Of a DNA stretch of 64,000 nucleotides, positions 18,224-28,050 are shown in pieces (positions within the stretch are counted from its first letter, which is position 1; each line of letters opens with the position of its first letter). Made by a program: the position numbers and the translations under genes. Below the pieces are notes generated by a model. It made no database searches and was not told where the DNA came from. It worked only from the letters and a program-made list of their open reading frames with translations. Source of the DNA: Acidimicrobiaceae bacterium (GTDB lineage: Bacteria > Actinomycetota > Acidimicrobiia > Actinomarinales > Actinomarinaceae); the NCBI GenBank assembly GCA_028344675.1, contig JAOMBT010000001.1:14998-78997 (forward strand), in the 5' to 3' direction.

Positions 18224-21200
18224 ATGTTTGATTTTTCAGAAAAAGATTCTTGTGGCGTAGGATTTATAGCTTCTAGGAATATTCCCCCAACACATGGAAT
18301 GACACTCAAAGTGCTTGAATGCTTAGCTAATTTAGATCATAGAGGTGCTAAATTCGCTGATGGAACTGGAGATGGTGCTGGTGTACTAACTGAAATTCCT
18401 TTCGAGCTTTTAAGAGCAGAGTTAGATGAATTAAACATTGAACATGATACAAATAAAAAAATAGGAATAATTTCCTGTTTTTTTGATCCAAAGAATATTG
18501 ATGAGTCTAAAGATCTAATTAATATTGAACTTAATAATTCCGGTATAAAGCTTTTGTATTGGAGAAAAGTTCCAACTGATAAACAAATATTAGGCGATCT
18601 TGCTAGAGAGTCTAAGCCTTCTATTTACCAAGGTATTCTTAGTGCTGAAAATGAATCACATAAAAATTTTGAAAAAAAATTATATCTATTTAGAAAAGTT
18701 CTTGAGAAAAAGATATCAGACATTGAATTCCTAAATATCCACATTAACTCTTGTTCATCAAAGACTGTTGTTTATAAAGGACTCTTTACAGCAAAGCAAA
18801 CTGCCGACTTCTATTGGGATTTAAGAAATCCACTTTATAAAACAAGATTTGGTATTTTCCATCAAAGATTCTCTACTAACACATCATCAACATGGGACAA
18901 AGCACAACCATTTAGAATGCTTGCTCATAATGGTGAAATTAACACAATACAGTCAAACTTTTCTTGGATGAAAGCTAGGGAGGTTGATGCTAGTTCATCT
19001 TTTTGGAAAGATGATATTGAGAAACTTAAACCTTTTGTTGATGAATCAATTTCAGACTCAGGACAGTTAGACAACGCCATTGAGTTACTTGTTAGGTCTG
19101 GTAGAACCCTTGCACATTCGCAAGAAATGTTAATACCGTCTGCATGGGAGAATAATCCAAGATTTACAAGTAAGCAAAAAGCATTCTATCAATACCACTC
19201 TTTTCTAAGTGAACCATGGGACGGTCCAGCAGCTATTATCGCATCTGATGGAAGAGATATAATTGCAGGTTTAGACAGAAGTGGTTTGAGACCTATGAGG
19301 TGGATGGTTTCTGATAGATATGTGTTGGCGGCTTCAGAGGTAGGAATATGTCCATCAGTTGAAGCTGGCGCATATAAAACAGCACAACTTGAACCGGGTC
19401 AAACAATCAGATATAGAATTGAAAACGATGAACTTCTTGATGAAAGTCAAGTGATTACAAAGTTAAGTGAAAAAAATCCATATATTGACTGGGTAAATTC
19501 AAAGCCATTAAATGTTGATGAAAAATTCAGTGAGAAACAAGATGATGGCATAGATTCAGATCAAATGTCTTTGTTTTTTGACTACACACCTGAAGAGGAG
19601 AGATTAATTTTGCTACCAATGTTAAAAGGGGATATCCCAACTGGATCTATGGGCAATGATACTTCTTTAGCTGTTATGAGTTCTAATAATCCTAGGCTTA
19701 CTAGATATTTTCATCAACTTTTTGCACAAGTTACAAACCCCCCAATTGATCCAATCCGAGAAAGATTTGTTATGTCAATCAAGACATATCTTGGTAAAAG
19801 AGGTTCAATATTAAAGGAAACTGCACAGCAAGCTAATCTAATTTCTCTTGATTCACCAATTTTAAGTGGGGCCTCATATGATTCTTTAACAAAAGGAAAG
19901 GCATTAAGAGATAAATCTGTTGTAATCAACACTAGTTTTAAAAAAGTTGAAAATACAATTGAGGAAGCCTTAAAAATCATATGTGAAACAGTAAAAACAG
20001 AAATTATTGAAAATAAAAAATCTGTAATCATATTGTCTGATAGAGATATTCAAATTGGTGAATCAGTATTACCCTCATTAATGGTTCTAGCAAAAGTACA
20101 TCATTATCTAATTGAGGAAGGGATAAGGTTAAAAGCATCTTTAGTAGTAGTTTCTGGAGAGATTAGGGATTCACATGATTTAGCTTGTCATATTGCTTAT
20201 GGAGCATCTGCAGTATGGCCATATTTAGCGCTTGAAAAAGTTAGACAGCTTTCACTACAAAATGAAGAATTAGAACTTCCACCAAGTATAGCTCAGGAGA
20301 ACTATCGAAAATCTTTAAATAAAGGTTTGTTAAAAATAATGTCAAAAATGGGAATTTGTACAATTTCCTCATACAGAGGTTCAGAACTTTATGAAATTAT
20401 TGGATTAAATCAAGATGTAGTTAATGATCTTTTCAAGTTTTCTAAAACTAGAACTGAAGGATTTGGGTATCAACACTTCTATGATAATTTAAAAATTTAT
20501 GGTATTGAAGAAGAAAAAAACCTTGGAGTTGGTGGATTTTATAAACATAAAAAAGATGCAGAAACTCACGTGACTGCACCAAAAACTGTACTTAAATTAC
20601 AAAAAGCTGTTCGTTCAGGTGATATTTCAGATTGGCATATTTATCTTGAAACTCTTGAAGATAGAGTTGATGTTCAGCTACGAGATATGTTTTCTCTCCC
20701 AGAAACAATCAACAACAATAAGATTGCAAAAGAAGAAATCTTAAAGGAAATATATAAAAAATTTACCGTAAGTTCGATGTCTTTAGGTGCTTTATCTGAA
20801 GAGGCTCATCAAGCACTTGCAATTGCTATGAATCAAATTGGAGGAAAATCTGGTTCAGGTGAAGGAGGTGAAGATCCTAAAAGATACAATACTGATAAAA
20901 ATTCTAAAATTAAACAAATAGCATCTGGAAGATTTGGAGTTACTCCTGATTATCTTGCTTCTGCAGAAGAATTTCAAATAAAAATGGCTCAAGGTTCAAA
21001 ACCTGGAGAAGGAGGTCAACTACCAGGCTTCAAAGTTGATAAGCATATTGCAAAACTTCGACATACTGTTGAGGGTGTAACTTTAATTTCACCACCACCG
21101 CACCATGATATCTACTCAATAGAAGACCTTGCTCAATTAATTTATGATCTTAAAACTTTCAATCCTGATAATCCAGTATCAGTAAAACTTGTTTCTGAAC

Positions 21201-22603
21201 CAGGAGTTGGAACTATTGCAGTAGGTGTAGCTAAAGCTGGTGCTGACATAATTACGATTGCTGGAAGTGATGGAGGAACAGGTGCTAGTCCATGGGTAAG
21301 TATTAAACATGCAGGATCTCCTTGGGAACTAGGGTTAAGCGAGACACACCAGGCTTTAGTAAAAAATAATATGAGGCACAAAGTATTAATTGAAGTAGAT
21401 GGAGGCTTAAGATCCGCAAAAGATGTAATTATAGGAACAATTTTAGGAGCTGATAGATTTGGTTTTGGTACCTTACCTCTACTCGCATTAGGTTGCAAAA
21501 TGGTTAGGCAGTGTCATGAAAATACTTGCCCAGTAGGAATTGCAACACAAGATGAAAACTTAAGATCAAAATTTCCAGGAGCTCCCGAGCAAGTCATTCA
21601 ATTATTTAATTTCATTGCAAATGATGTAATTTCATATTTAGAAAAGTTTGAAGTAGATAAACTTGACGACTTATTGGGAAGAGCAGATTTATTAGGTTTA
21701 AAGATTTCTGATAGCAACCTTTCAAAAAGTTTACATAAAATATTGATGAATTTTTCTATTGAAGAAAAACATCCGGGATTTATAAGACATAGTGAAGGAA
21801 GACTGTCCCGAAGAATAACATCTGAAGTCATCAAATCAGTAGAAAATGAACAAAAATCATTTATTCAATATCCTATAGCAAACGAAGATAGAAGCATAGG
21901 TGCGAGAATATCTGGAGAGGTAACTTTAAAAAATCTTTCATCAAAAATTATTCAGTATCCGACAACAATTAGTCTTTCTGGTGCGGCTGGACAAAGTTTT
22001 GGTGCATTTATTCGAGATGGTATAAATTTAAAGTTAACTGGTAACGCTAACGATTATGTAGCAAAAGGAATGGCTGGTGGAAGCATAACCATCATTCCTC
22101 AAGGTAGAAAAATGAAGGGGGCTTATCATGCTGCAGGAAATACTATTTTGTACGGAGCAACCGGTGGCCAACTCTTTATAGCTGGAACAGTAGGACAAAG
22201 ATTTGGTGTCAGAAATAGTGGAGCAATTGGCATTGTTGAAGGCTGTAGTGCTCATGGTGCAGAATATATGACAGGTGGAACTTTAGTAGTTCTTGGCAGT
22301 ATAGGATTTAATTTTGGAGCAGGCATGACAGGAGGGAAAGCAATAGTTCTCAACACTCAAAAAAACTTTAAACAATATATTTCCGAAACAGCTCCTGAAT
22401 ACAAAAAATTAACTGATATTGATAAGTTAGAATTAAAAACACTTTTAGAAGTACATTATGAAAAAACTAAATCAGAAACTGCATTAGGTATATCGAAAAA
22501 ATATGACAATTGGGACAATATGTTTTCAGTGTTTGGTGGAATAGCTGAAGTAGATAATAATGCAGTTAGTAAAAAACCAGAAAATATCAAGGCATTAGAT
22601 TAA
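18224..22603 (+). CDS. gltB: Glutamate synthase large subunit
   Basis: It has an N-terminal Ntn amidotransferase domain with catalytic Cys (SCGVGF). FMN/Fe-S domain motifs and a C-terminal GXGXG beta-helix region are present. Length is 1459 aa. Confidence 0.95.
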   Translation: MFDFSEKDSCGVGFIASRNIPPTHGMTLKVLECLANLDHRGAKFADGTGDGAGVLTEIPFELLRAELDELNIEHDTNKKIGIISCFFDPKNIDESKDLINIELNNSGIKLLYWRKVPTDKQILGDLARESKPSIYQGILSAENESHKNFEKKLYLFRKVLEKKISDIEFLNIHINSCSSKTVVYKGLFTAKQTADFYWDLRNPLYKTRFGIFHQRFSTNTSSTWDKAQPFRMLAHNGEINTIQSNFSWMKAREVDASSSFWKDDIEKLKPFVDESISDSGQLDNAIELLVRSGRTLAHSQEMLIPSAWENNPRFTSKQKAFYQYHSFLSEPWDGPAAIIASDGRDIIAGLDRSGLRPMRWMVSDRYVLAASEVGICPSVEAGAYKTAQLEPGQTIRYRIENDELLDESQVITKLSEKNPYIDWVNSKPLNVDEKFSEKQDDGIDSDQMSLFFDYTPEEERLILLPMLKGDIPTGSMGNDTSLAVMSSNNPRLTRYFHQLFAQVTNPPIDPIRERFVMSIKTYLGKRGSILKETAQQANLISLDSPILSGASYDSLTKGKALRDKSVVINTSFKKVENTIEEALKIICETVKTEIIENKKSVIILSDRDIQIGESVLPSLMVLAKVHHYLIEEGIRLKASLVVVSGEIRDSHDLACHIAYGASAVWPYLALEKVRQLSLQNEELELPPSIAQENYRKSLNKGLLKIMSKMGICTISSYRGSELYEIIGLNQDVVNDLFKFSKTRTEGFGYQHFYDNLKIYGIEEEKNLGVGGFYKHKKDAETHVTAPKTVLKLQKAVRSGDISDWHIYLETLEDRVDVQLRDMFSLPETINNNKIAKEEILKEIYKKFTVSSMSLGALSEEAHQALAIAMNQIGGKSGSGEGGEDPKRYNTDKNSKIKQIASGRFGVTPDYLASAEEFQIKMAQGSKPGEGGQLPGFKVDKHIAKLRHTVEGVTLISPPPHHDIYSIEDLAQLIYDLKTFNPDNPVSVKLVSEPGVGTIAVGVAKAGADIITIAGSDGGTGASPWVSIKHAGSPWELGLSETHQALVKNNMRHKVLIEVDGGLRSAKDVIIGTILGADRFGFGTLPLLALGCKMVRQCHENTCPVGIATQDENLRSKFPGAPEQVIQLFNFIANDVISYLEKFEVDKLDDLLGRADLLGLKISDSNLSKSLHKILMNFSIEEKHPGFIRHSEGRLSRRITSEVIKSVENEQKSFIQYPIANEDRSIGARISGEVTLKNLSSKIIQYPTTISLSGAAGQSFGAFIRDGINLKLTGNANDYVAKGMAGGSITIIPQGRKMKGAYHAAGNTILYGATGGQLFIAGTVGQRFGVRNSGAIGIVEGCSAHGAEYMTGGTLVVLGSIGFNFGAGMTGGKAIVLNTQKNFKQYISETAPEYKKLTDIDKLELKTLLEVHYEKTKSETALGISKKYDNWDNMFSVFGGIAEVDNNAVSKKPENIKALD

Positions 22604-22644
22604 TTAATACTACTAAAAAAATTTATATCATTTAGCATAAAATT

Positions 22645-23589
22645 ATGCAGAATAACTCAACTGTAAAAAATTCAAATAACATATCTTGGGAAAGCGTTCT
22701 TGAATTGATTTATGATTCAAGAGTTGACTCAGTTGGCTTAAAAGAGCGTGTATCTTCACTCGCAACACGAAGTATAAAAAAAGATTCAAAACTGCAAGCT
22801 TTAAAGATGGTTGTTTCAATGTGCGACTTAACGACTCTAGAAGGAGAGGACACAGAAGGTAAAATTTCGCAAATGGCTGCTAAGGCAATTAATCCAGACC
22901 CAAGCGACAAAGAAATAAATAGTGTTGCTGCTGTATGTGTTTATCCTTCACTAGTAGAGACTGCTAAAGAAAAAGTAATAAATTCTTCAGTGAAAGTTGC
23001 CGCAGTCTCTTCCTATTTTCCTAGCGGACAGGTCCCAATGGACTCTAAAATACTAGACACACAATATGCCATTGATGCTGGTGCTGATGAAATTGATATT
23101 GTAATAAACAGAAAAGCATTTTTAGAAGGGGACTATAGAAAAGTCTTTGATGAAATAGTTGCTTTAAAAGAGGTTTGCAAAAACGTACACTTAAAAACCA
23201 TTCTTGAAGTAGGAGATTTAAAAACTTATGAAAACATTCGAAAAGCTAGTCTAATTTCGTTGGCGGCAGGTTCTGATTTTATTAAAACGTCTACTGGAAA
23301 ACTATCAATTGGATCATCAAGGGAAGCTTGTTATGTTATGTTAAAGGCAGTTTTAGATTACAAAAGCTTAACTGGCATATCAGCTGGTATAAAAGTTGCT
23401 GGTGGTATTAGGGATTCAAAGGATGCTATTAGGTATCTTGTAATGATAAATGAGGAAATGGGTGACGAGTGGCTCAGTCCAGACTTATTTAGATTTGGTG
23501 CTTCGAGTTTACTTGATGACGTTTTAAAACAAATTAAAAAACTAAAGACAGGTGCATATCAAGCAGGTTATTATTTTCCTAGAGGGTAA
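22645..23589 (+). CDS. deoC: Deoxyribose-phosphate aldolase (long, DERA-like form)
   Basis: It has the Schiff-base Lys motif FIKTSTGK and a KVAGGIR region. Confidence 0.85.
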   Translation: MQNNSTVKNSNNISWESVLELIYDSRVDSVGLKERVSSLATRSIKKDSKLQALKMVVSMCDLTTLEGEDTEGKISQMAAKAINPDPSDKEINSVAAVCVYPSLVETAKEKVINSSVKVAAVSSYFPSGQVPMDSKILDTQYAIDAGADEIDIVINRKAFLEGDYRKVFDEIVALKEVCKNVHLKTILEVGDLKTYENIRKASLISLAAGSDFIKTSTGKLSIGSSREACYVMLKAVLDYKSLTGISAGIKVAGGIRDSKDAIRYLVMINEEMGDEWLSPDLFRFGASSLLDDVLKQIKKLKTGAYQAGYYFPRG

Positions 23590-23594
23590 AAATT

Positions 23595-25034
23595 ATGGTT
23601 AATTGGCAATATTTAGAATCTATAGAATCCCGAGAAATCTTGAACATAAGAAGTAAATATACAAATTATATAGGTGGAAAGTTTATTGAACCAAACAGTA
23701 AAAAATATATAGAAACCATTTCACCATCTACAGAAGAAGTACTGTCAAAAATCGCAATTTCAAATCAAAATGATGTAAATAAAGCTGTTAAAGCTGCTAG
23801 ATCTGGCTTTGAAATATGGTCAAACTTAGCTCCTTATGAAAGATCTAAGTACCTTTTTAAACTTGCAAGATTAATTCAAGAACGCTCAAGAGAGTTTGCA
23901 GTTTTGGAATCTTTAGATGGTGGTAAACCAATTAAGGAATCAAGAGATTTCGATATTCCACAAGTTGCTGCGAACTTTTTTTACTTTGCTGGTTGGGCTG
24001 ACAAAATCGATTTATCTTGGAGTACAAAAGGACTAAAACCCCATGGAGTAGTAGGTCAAATTATCCCATGGAATTTTCCACTGCTTATGCTTGCATGGAA
24101 AGTAGCTCCTGCACTTGCGACTGGAAATACAGTTGTTTTAAAACCAGCTGAAACAACATCTCTTACAGCATTACTTTTTGCTGAAATTTGTGATCAAGCG
24201 GGATTACCAAACGGAGTAGTAAATATTATTACTGGTGATGGCACTACTGGGTCCCTAATTGTTAATCATAAAGATATAAACAAAATTGCTTTTACTGGAT
24301 CTACTCAAGTTGGGAAGTTAATTCAGAAATCATTAGCTGGTAGGGAAGTAGGACTTACGCTTGAACTTGGTGGAAAAGCAGCCAATATTGTTTATGAAGA
24401 TGCAGCAATTGACCAAGCTGTTGAGGGTGTTGTAAATGGAATATTTTTCAACCAAGGGCATGTATGTTGCGCTGGTAGTAGGTTGCTTATTCAGGAGTCA
24501 GTTCATGATCAATTTATATCAAAATTAGAAAAGAGAATGCAAGCATTAAGGGTGGGAAATCCCTTAGATAAAAATACAGATATTGGTGCAATAAATTCAA
24601 AGGAGCAGCTTAATAAAATAACAAATTTAGTAGACGAAGGTGTTGCAGATGGTGGAAATATCTTTCAGACAGAATGCGAACTTCCTGGCAATGGTTTTTG
24701 GTTTAAACCAACTTTGTTTACAGATGTACAACCTTCTTACTCTATAGCAAGAGAAGAAATATTTGGTCCTGTATTAACAACTTTAACCTTTAGAACACCG
24801 GATGAAGCTGTTGAGATTGCAAACAATACAGAGTATGGATTATCTGCTGGTGTTTGGACAGAAAAAGGGTCTAAAATTTTATGGACTGCAGACAGGCTAG
24901 AGGCAGGAGTAGTTTGGGCAAACACATTTAATAAGTTTGATCCCGCGTCACCATTTGGTGGATATAAAGAATCTGGCTTTGGTAGAGAAGGCGGAAGACA
25001 TGGACTGCTTTCGTACTTAAAGGAATCATCATGA
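23595..25034 (+). CDS. NAD(P)-dependent aldehyde dehydrogenase
   Basis: All the ALDH hallmarks are present: PWNFP, KPAE, LELGGK, catalytic Cys in GHVCCAGSR, and EEIFGPV. Confidence 0.93.
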   Translation: MVNWQYLESIESREILNIRSKYTNYIGGKFIEPNSKKYIETISPSTEEVLSKIAISNQNDVNKAVKAARSGFEIWSNLAPYERSKYLFKLARLIQERSREFAVLESLDGGKPIKESRDFDIPQVAANFFYFAGWADKIDLSWSTKGLKPHGVVGQIIPWNFPLLMLAWKVAPALATGNTVVLKPAETTSLTALLFAEICDQAGLPNGVVNIITGDGTTGSLIVNHKDINKIAFTGSTQVGKLIQKSLAGREVGLTLELGGKAANIVYEDAAIDQAVEGVVNGIFFNQGHVCCAGSRLLIQESVHDQFISKLEKRMQALRVGNPLDKNTDIGAINSKEQLNKITNLVDEGVADGGNIFQTECELPGNGFWFKPTLFTDVQPSYSIAREEIFGPVLTTLTFRTPDEAVEIANNTEYGLSAGVWTEKGSKILWTADRLEAGVVWANTFNKFDPASPFGGYKESGFGREGGRHGLLSYLKESS

Positions 25035-25858
25035 TAGAAATTAAGAAAACTTATAAAAATTATGTTGGCGGTAAATACGTTCGTTCAGAATCTGGAAAAA
25101 CATATACTAAGGAATTAAAAAATGAATTTTATGAATTACCGTTAACTTCAAAAAAAGATATTAGAGATGCCGTTACATCATCTAAGGATGGGTATAAGAA
25201 ATGGTCTTCAACAACCCCTTATTTAAGAATGCAAATTCTTTATCGTTTATCAGAAATGATTGAAGGAAATAAAGAAAGTTATGTTGAGCTACTTATGCAT
25301 CATGGTTTAACAAAACAAAAGGCAAATAAAGATATAGATGAATCGATACAAAATATAGTTTGGTTTGCTGGATTGGCTGATAAATGGGAACAATTAGCAG
25401 GAAATTTAAATCCTGTTTCAGAAGAATACTTTAATATTTCACATCAAAACCCTATAGGTGTTGTCTTTTCATTGAGTGGTTCAAATTTATCTTTAAATGA
25501 GTTACTAATGAGTATTCTCCCAGCGTTAACAGTTGGTTGCTCAGTAATATCATATTCTGAGGAAAATAGTGTTGTTGCACTAAAATTTGCAGAGGATATA
25601 AATAATTCTGACTTTCCATCTGGATCTTTGAATATACTTTCAGGAAAATTTGAAAATATTCTTGATGATGTTAGCAAACATGTTGAAATAAATTTAGTTG
25701 CACTCCATAAAGAACTGGATAATAACGGATTAAAATCTATAGAGGAAAATGCTTCTGAATCTGTTAAAAGAGTATTTTCACAACCATCTATAGAAGGTCT
25801 ATCATCCATACTTCCTTACCTTGAAACTAAAACAGTCTGGCATCCAAAAGGCACATAA
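25031..25858 (+). CDS. Truncated aldehyde-dehydrogenase-like protein (N-terminal/cofactor-domain homolog lacking the catalytic domain)
   Basis: YKNYVGGKYV and WFAGLADKW align to the upstream ALDH. The equivalents of WNFP, KPAE, ELGGK and the Cys loop are absent, and the protein ends at 275 aa. It has an ATGA overlap with the upstream ALDH. Confidence 0.7.
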   Translation: MIEIKKTYKNYVGGKYVRSESGKTYTKELKNEFYELPLTSKKDIRDAVTSSKDGYKKWSSTTPYLRMQILYRLSEMIEGNKESYVELLMHHGLTKQKANKDIDESIQNIVWFAGLADKWEQLAGNLNPVSEEYFNISHQNPIGVVFSLSGSNLSLNELLMSILPALTVGCSVISYSEENSVVALKFAEDINNSDFPSGSLNILSGKFENILDDVSKHVEINLVALHKELDNNGLKSIEENASESVKRVFSQPSIEGLSSILPYLETKTVWHPKGT

Positions 25859-25905
25859 ACTGTCTTACCCTCAAAGTATTGTTTCATTATTACTAAGTTC
25901 ACCCT

Positions 25906-25940
25906 GTTTAAGCTGTCTTGACTGCAAAGACAGCTTAAAC
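25906..25940 (+). terminator. Perfect 14-bp hairpin after the ALDH genes (probable terminator)
   Basis: The hairpin reads GTTTAAGCTGTCTT-gactgca-AAGACAGCTTAAAC, followed by AT-rich sequence with a weak U-tract. Confidence 0.45.
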
Positions 25941-25960
25941 ATATAAGTTGTTATTATTAC

Positions 25961-26386
25961 ATGATGGTTGAAGAAAATCTCGAAAATATGTTAGTAAGCG
26001 AAGGAATACCGGTTCCAAATGTATGGGCTGAGCTTGAAGGTGAGTTTTTAGATTTTGATAAAGACAATGAAACATTAAAGTGCAAGTTTCCTGTTCGTGA
26101 AAGATATTTCAATCCTCTCCCAACAACACTTGGAGGAATCATTGATGCATGGATAGATATTACCATGGGCCCCCTAACTGTTTTACTAGGTCAAAAAGCA
26201 GTCAATAAGAATTTTTCAATAAAATATTTAAAACCTGTTGGACCATCTATTAAATATGTAACAGCTGTTGCATGGAGAGAGAGCATCGATGGTCGAAATA
26301 GTCTATATAAAGGGGAAATTTATTTAGATAATGGCACGTTAGCTGCTGTTGCTGAATCAGAATTTGTTGAAATAAGAAAATCTTAG
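25961..26386 (+). CDS. Hotdog-fold thioesterase (PaaI-like)
   Basis: It is 141 aa and has the pattern NPLPTTLGGIIDAWID typical of PaaI/YbgC-like hotdog proteins. Confidence 0.6.
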   Translation: MMVEENLENMLVSEGIPVPNVWAELEGEFLDFDKDNETLKCKFPVRERYFNPLPTTLGGIIDAWIDITMGPLTVLLGQKAVNKNFSIKYLKPVGPSIKYVTAVAWRESIDGRNSLYKGEIYLDNGTLAAVAESEFVEIRKS

Positions 26387-27231
26387 GTTCTCGAATATAG
26401 AAAAGCAGAAGATAATATTACACCAATTCCTATAAACTGAACTGAATTAGTTATCTCGTCTAAAAATTGAAAGCCAAAGAAAATAGAAAAAATTGGAATC
26501 ATATACACAATAAATGAACTAGATATTCTACCAACACTCTCTAATAATTTATAATATGTCAAAAACGCGATACCAGTACCTCCGATTCCCAATATAAGCA
26601 TTGGAATCAATGAAACTTCTATAGTTGGAAGCTTAAATGATGCAGTCGACCCAAATATAATAAGTGAGATAAGAAATGCGTATCTTATTACCATTTTTAT
26701 AACAATTAATGAATCATATTTTTTAATTAATGGCTCTACCATATTTACTGCGATTCCATATGATATTGAGGCGATCAATGCGTAAAGAAAACCAATTTCA
26801 AAAGATACATCATTAATGCCCTCACTTAAAGAAATGAGACCCACCCCAATAAAACCAGTAAATATATACAAAATTTGAATGTTTGTAACCTTTAATTTGT
26901 AAAACACAACAGCAATAAAAGCAACAAAAATTGGAGTTGATCCATTAATTAATCCAGCTAATGAAGATGCTATTGTCTGCTCAGCAATGCCAAACATATA
27001 AAAAGGAAGAGCCATCCAAAAAAATGATATTATAAAAATCTTTACATGGTCAGTTTTGACAATATTTTCTTTAGCTCTGACAAAGATATTAATAAATAAA
27101 GCACCTATAAATATTCTATAAATAGCTATATCGGAGGGGTTTAGTTCTTCTAATGAATACTTAATCATTAAAAAGGATGACCCCCAAATTGAAGAAGTCA
27201 CAAGAGCTAATAAAAAATTTTTAAAATTCAT
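26383..27231 (-). CDS. EamA/DMT-family transporter
   Basis: It is about 10 TM helices arranged as two EamA-like halves, 282 aa in total. Confidence 0.8.
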   Translation of the reverse strand: MNFKNFLLALVTSSIWGSSFLMIKYSLEELNPSDIAIYRIFIGALFINIFVRAKENIVKTDHVKIFIISFFWMALPFYMFGIAEQTIASSLAGLINGSTPIFVAFIAVVFYKLKVTNIQILYIFTGFIGVGLISLSEGINDVSFEIGFLYALIASISYGIAVNMVEPLIKKYDSLIVIKMVIRYAFLISLIIFGSTASFKLPTIEVSLIPMLILGIGGTGIAFLTYYKLLESVGRISSSFIVYMIPIFSIFFGFQFLDEITNSVQFIGIGVILSSAFLYSRT

Positions 27232-27273
27232 AAGCTTTGAAGAGTAACATAATTTCCTTTTTAATGAAAAATA

Positions 27274-27336
27274 GAGTCACCATCCAACAGGGTAGAAGGA
27301 TTAGTGTAGTGGTTCAAACTGACACAAAGGCGACTC
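27274..27336 (-). other. Possible structured RNA or complex terminator between pgl and the EamA gene
   Basis: An 8-bp closing stem (GAGTCGCC/GGTGACTC on the - strand) encloses two short hairpins. One has a T-loop-like GGTTCAA loop. TATTTTT follows on the - strand. Confidence 0.2.
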
Positions 27337-27356
27337 TAATACAAGTATATTAGGTA

Positions 27357-28016
27357 TTAAATTTTTTGATCAGTAATGAGTATAGTTTTCTCTCTTCTAT
27401 TTATAAGTTGATTAACGGGAAGGTCATCGTTCCTGCCTAATTCCTTCAATATTGATTTTTTGTTATTACCAGTGACAAGTAGAAAAATATCTTCTACGGT
27501 TTCTAGTAAATCAAATGTTGAAGTTATTCTCCATTTGCTTAAAATGTTTACTTCATTTGCTACAAATCCAAAACTACTATTATTCATGGCTTCAGTATTT
27601 GGAAATAAAGATGCTATGTGACCATCCTCACCTACTCCTAGAATTGCAGCATTGAATTTTGAAATATTTGAAAGTACTAATTCGGTATACTTTTGTGCTG
27701 ATTCATGTGGGCTATCCTCAAATATATAATGCAAAATATTAAAACTAGTGGTTGAAAATATTTCATTGATCATTAATTGATTTGATAAAGGGCTATCTAT
27801 AGATACATGTCGATCATCAATAGTCCACAAAGTAATATTTTCTTGATCCTTATTATTTTTTGCAAGCATTTTGTAAAATTCTTTTGGTGTACTTCCACCA
27901 GATAATCCAATATTGTAACTACTATTATTTGATATTCTTGAGTTGATTAGTTCATACAACTTATAACTTGCATCTTCATGATTTTTTTCTTTGCAAATTT
28001 TAAGTGTATCTAGCAT
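27357..28016 (-). CDS. pgl: 6-phosphogluconolactonase
   Basis: It has the GLSGGSTP motif and a GVGEDGHIASLFP region. I placed the start at Met48 of the ORF-track protein (ATG at 28016) to remove an implausible overlap with murA. Confidence 0.75.
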   Translation of the reverse strand: MLDTLKICKEKNHEDASYKLYELINSRISNNSSYNIGLSGGSTPKEFYKMLAKNNKDQENITLWTIDDRHVSIDSPLSNQLMINEIFSTTSFNILHYIFEDSPHESAQKYTELVLSNISKFNAAILGVGEDGHIASLFPNTEAMNNSSFGFVANEVNILSKWRITSTFDLLETVEDIFLLVTGNNKKSILKELGRNDDLPVNQLINRREKTILITDQKI

Positions 28017-28050
28017 AGTTGTTGTTACAGTAGTTAGATTAGTAATATCA

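Noticed and set aside
27274-27336. A possible tRNA or tRNA remnant, prompted by the GGTTCAA T-loop-like hairpin and closing stem.
   Set aside because: It cannot be folded into a cloverleaf on either strand. There is no D arm or anticodon arm with correct spacing, and the T-like hairpin is not adjacent to the closing stem. I kept it only as an unclassified structure.
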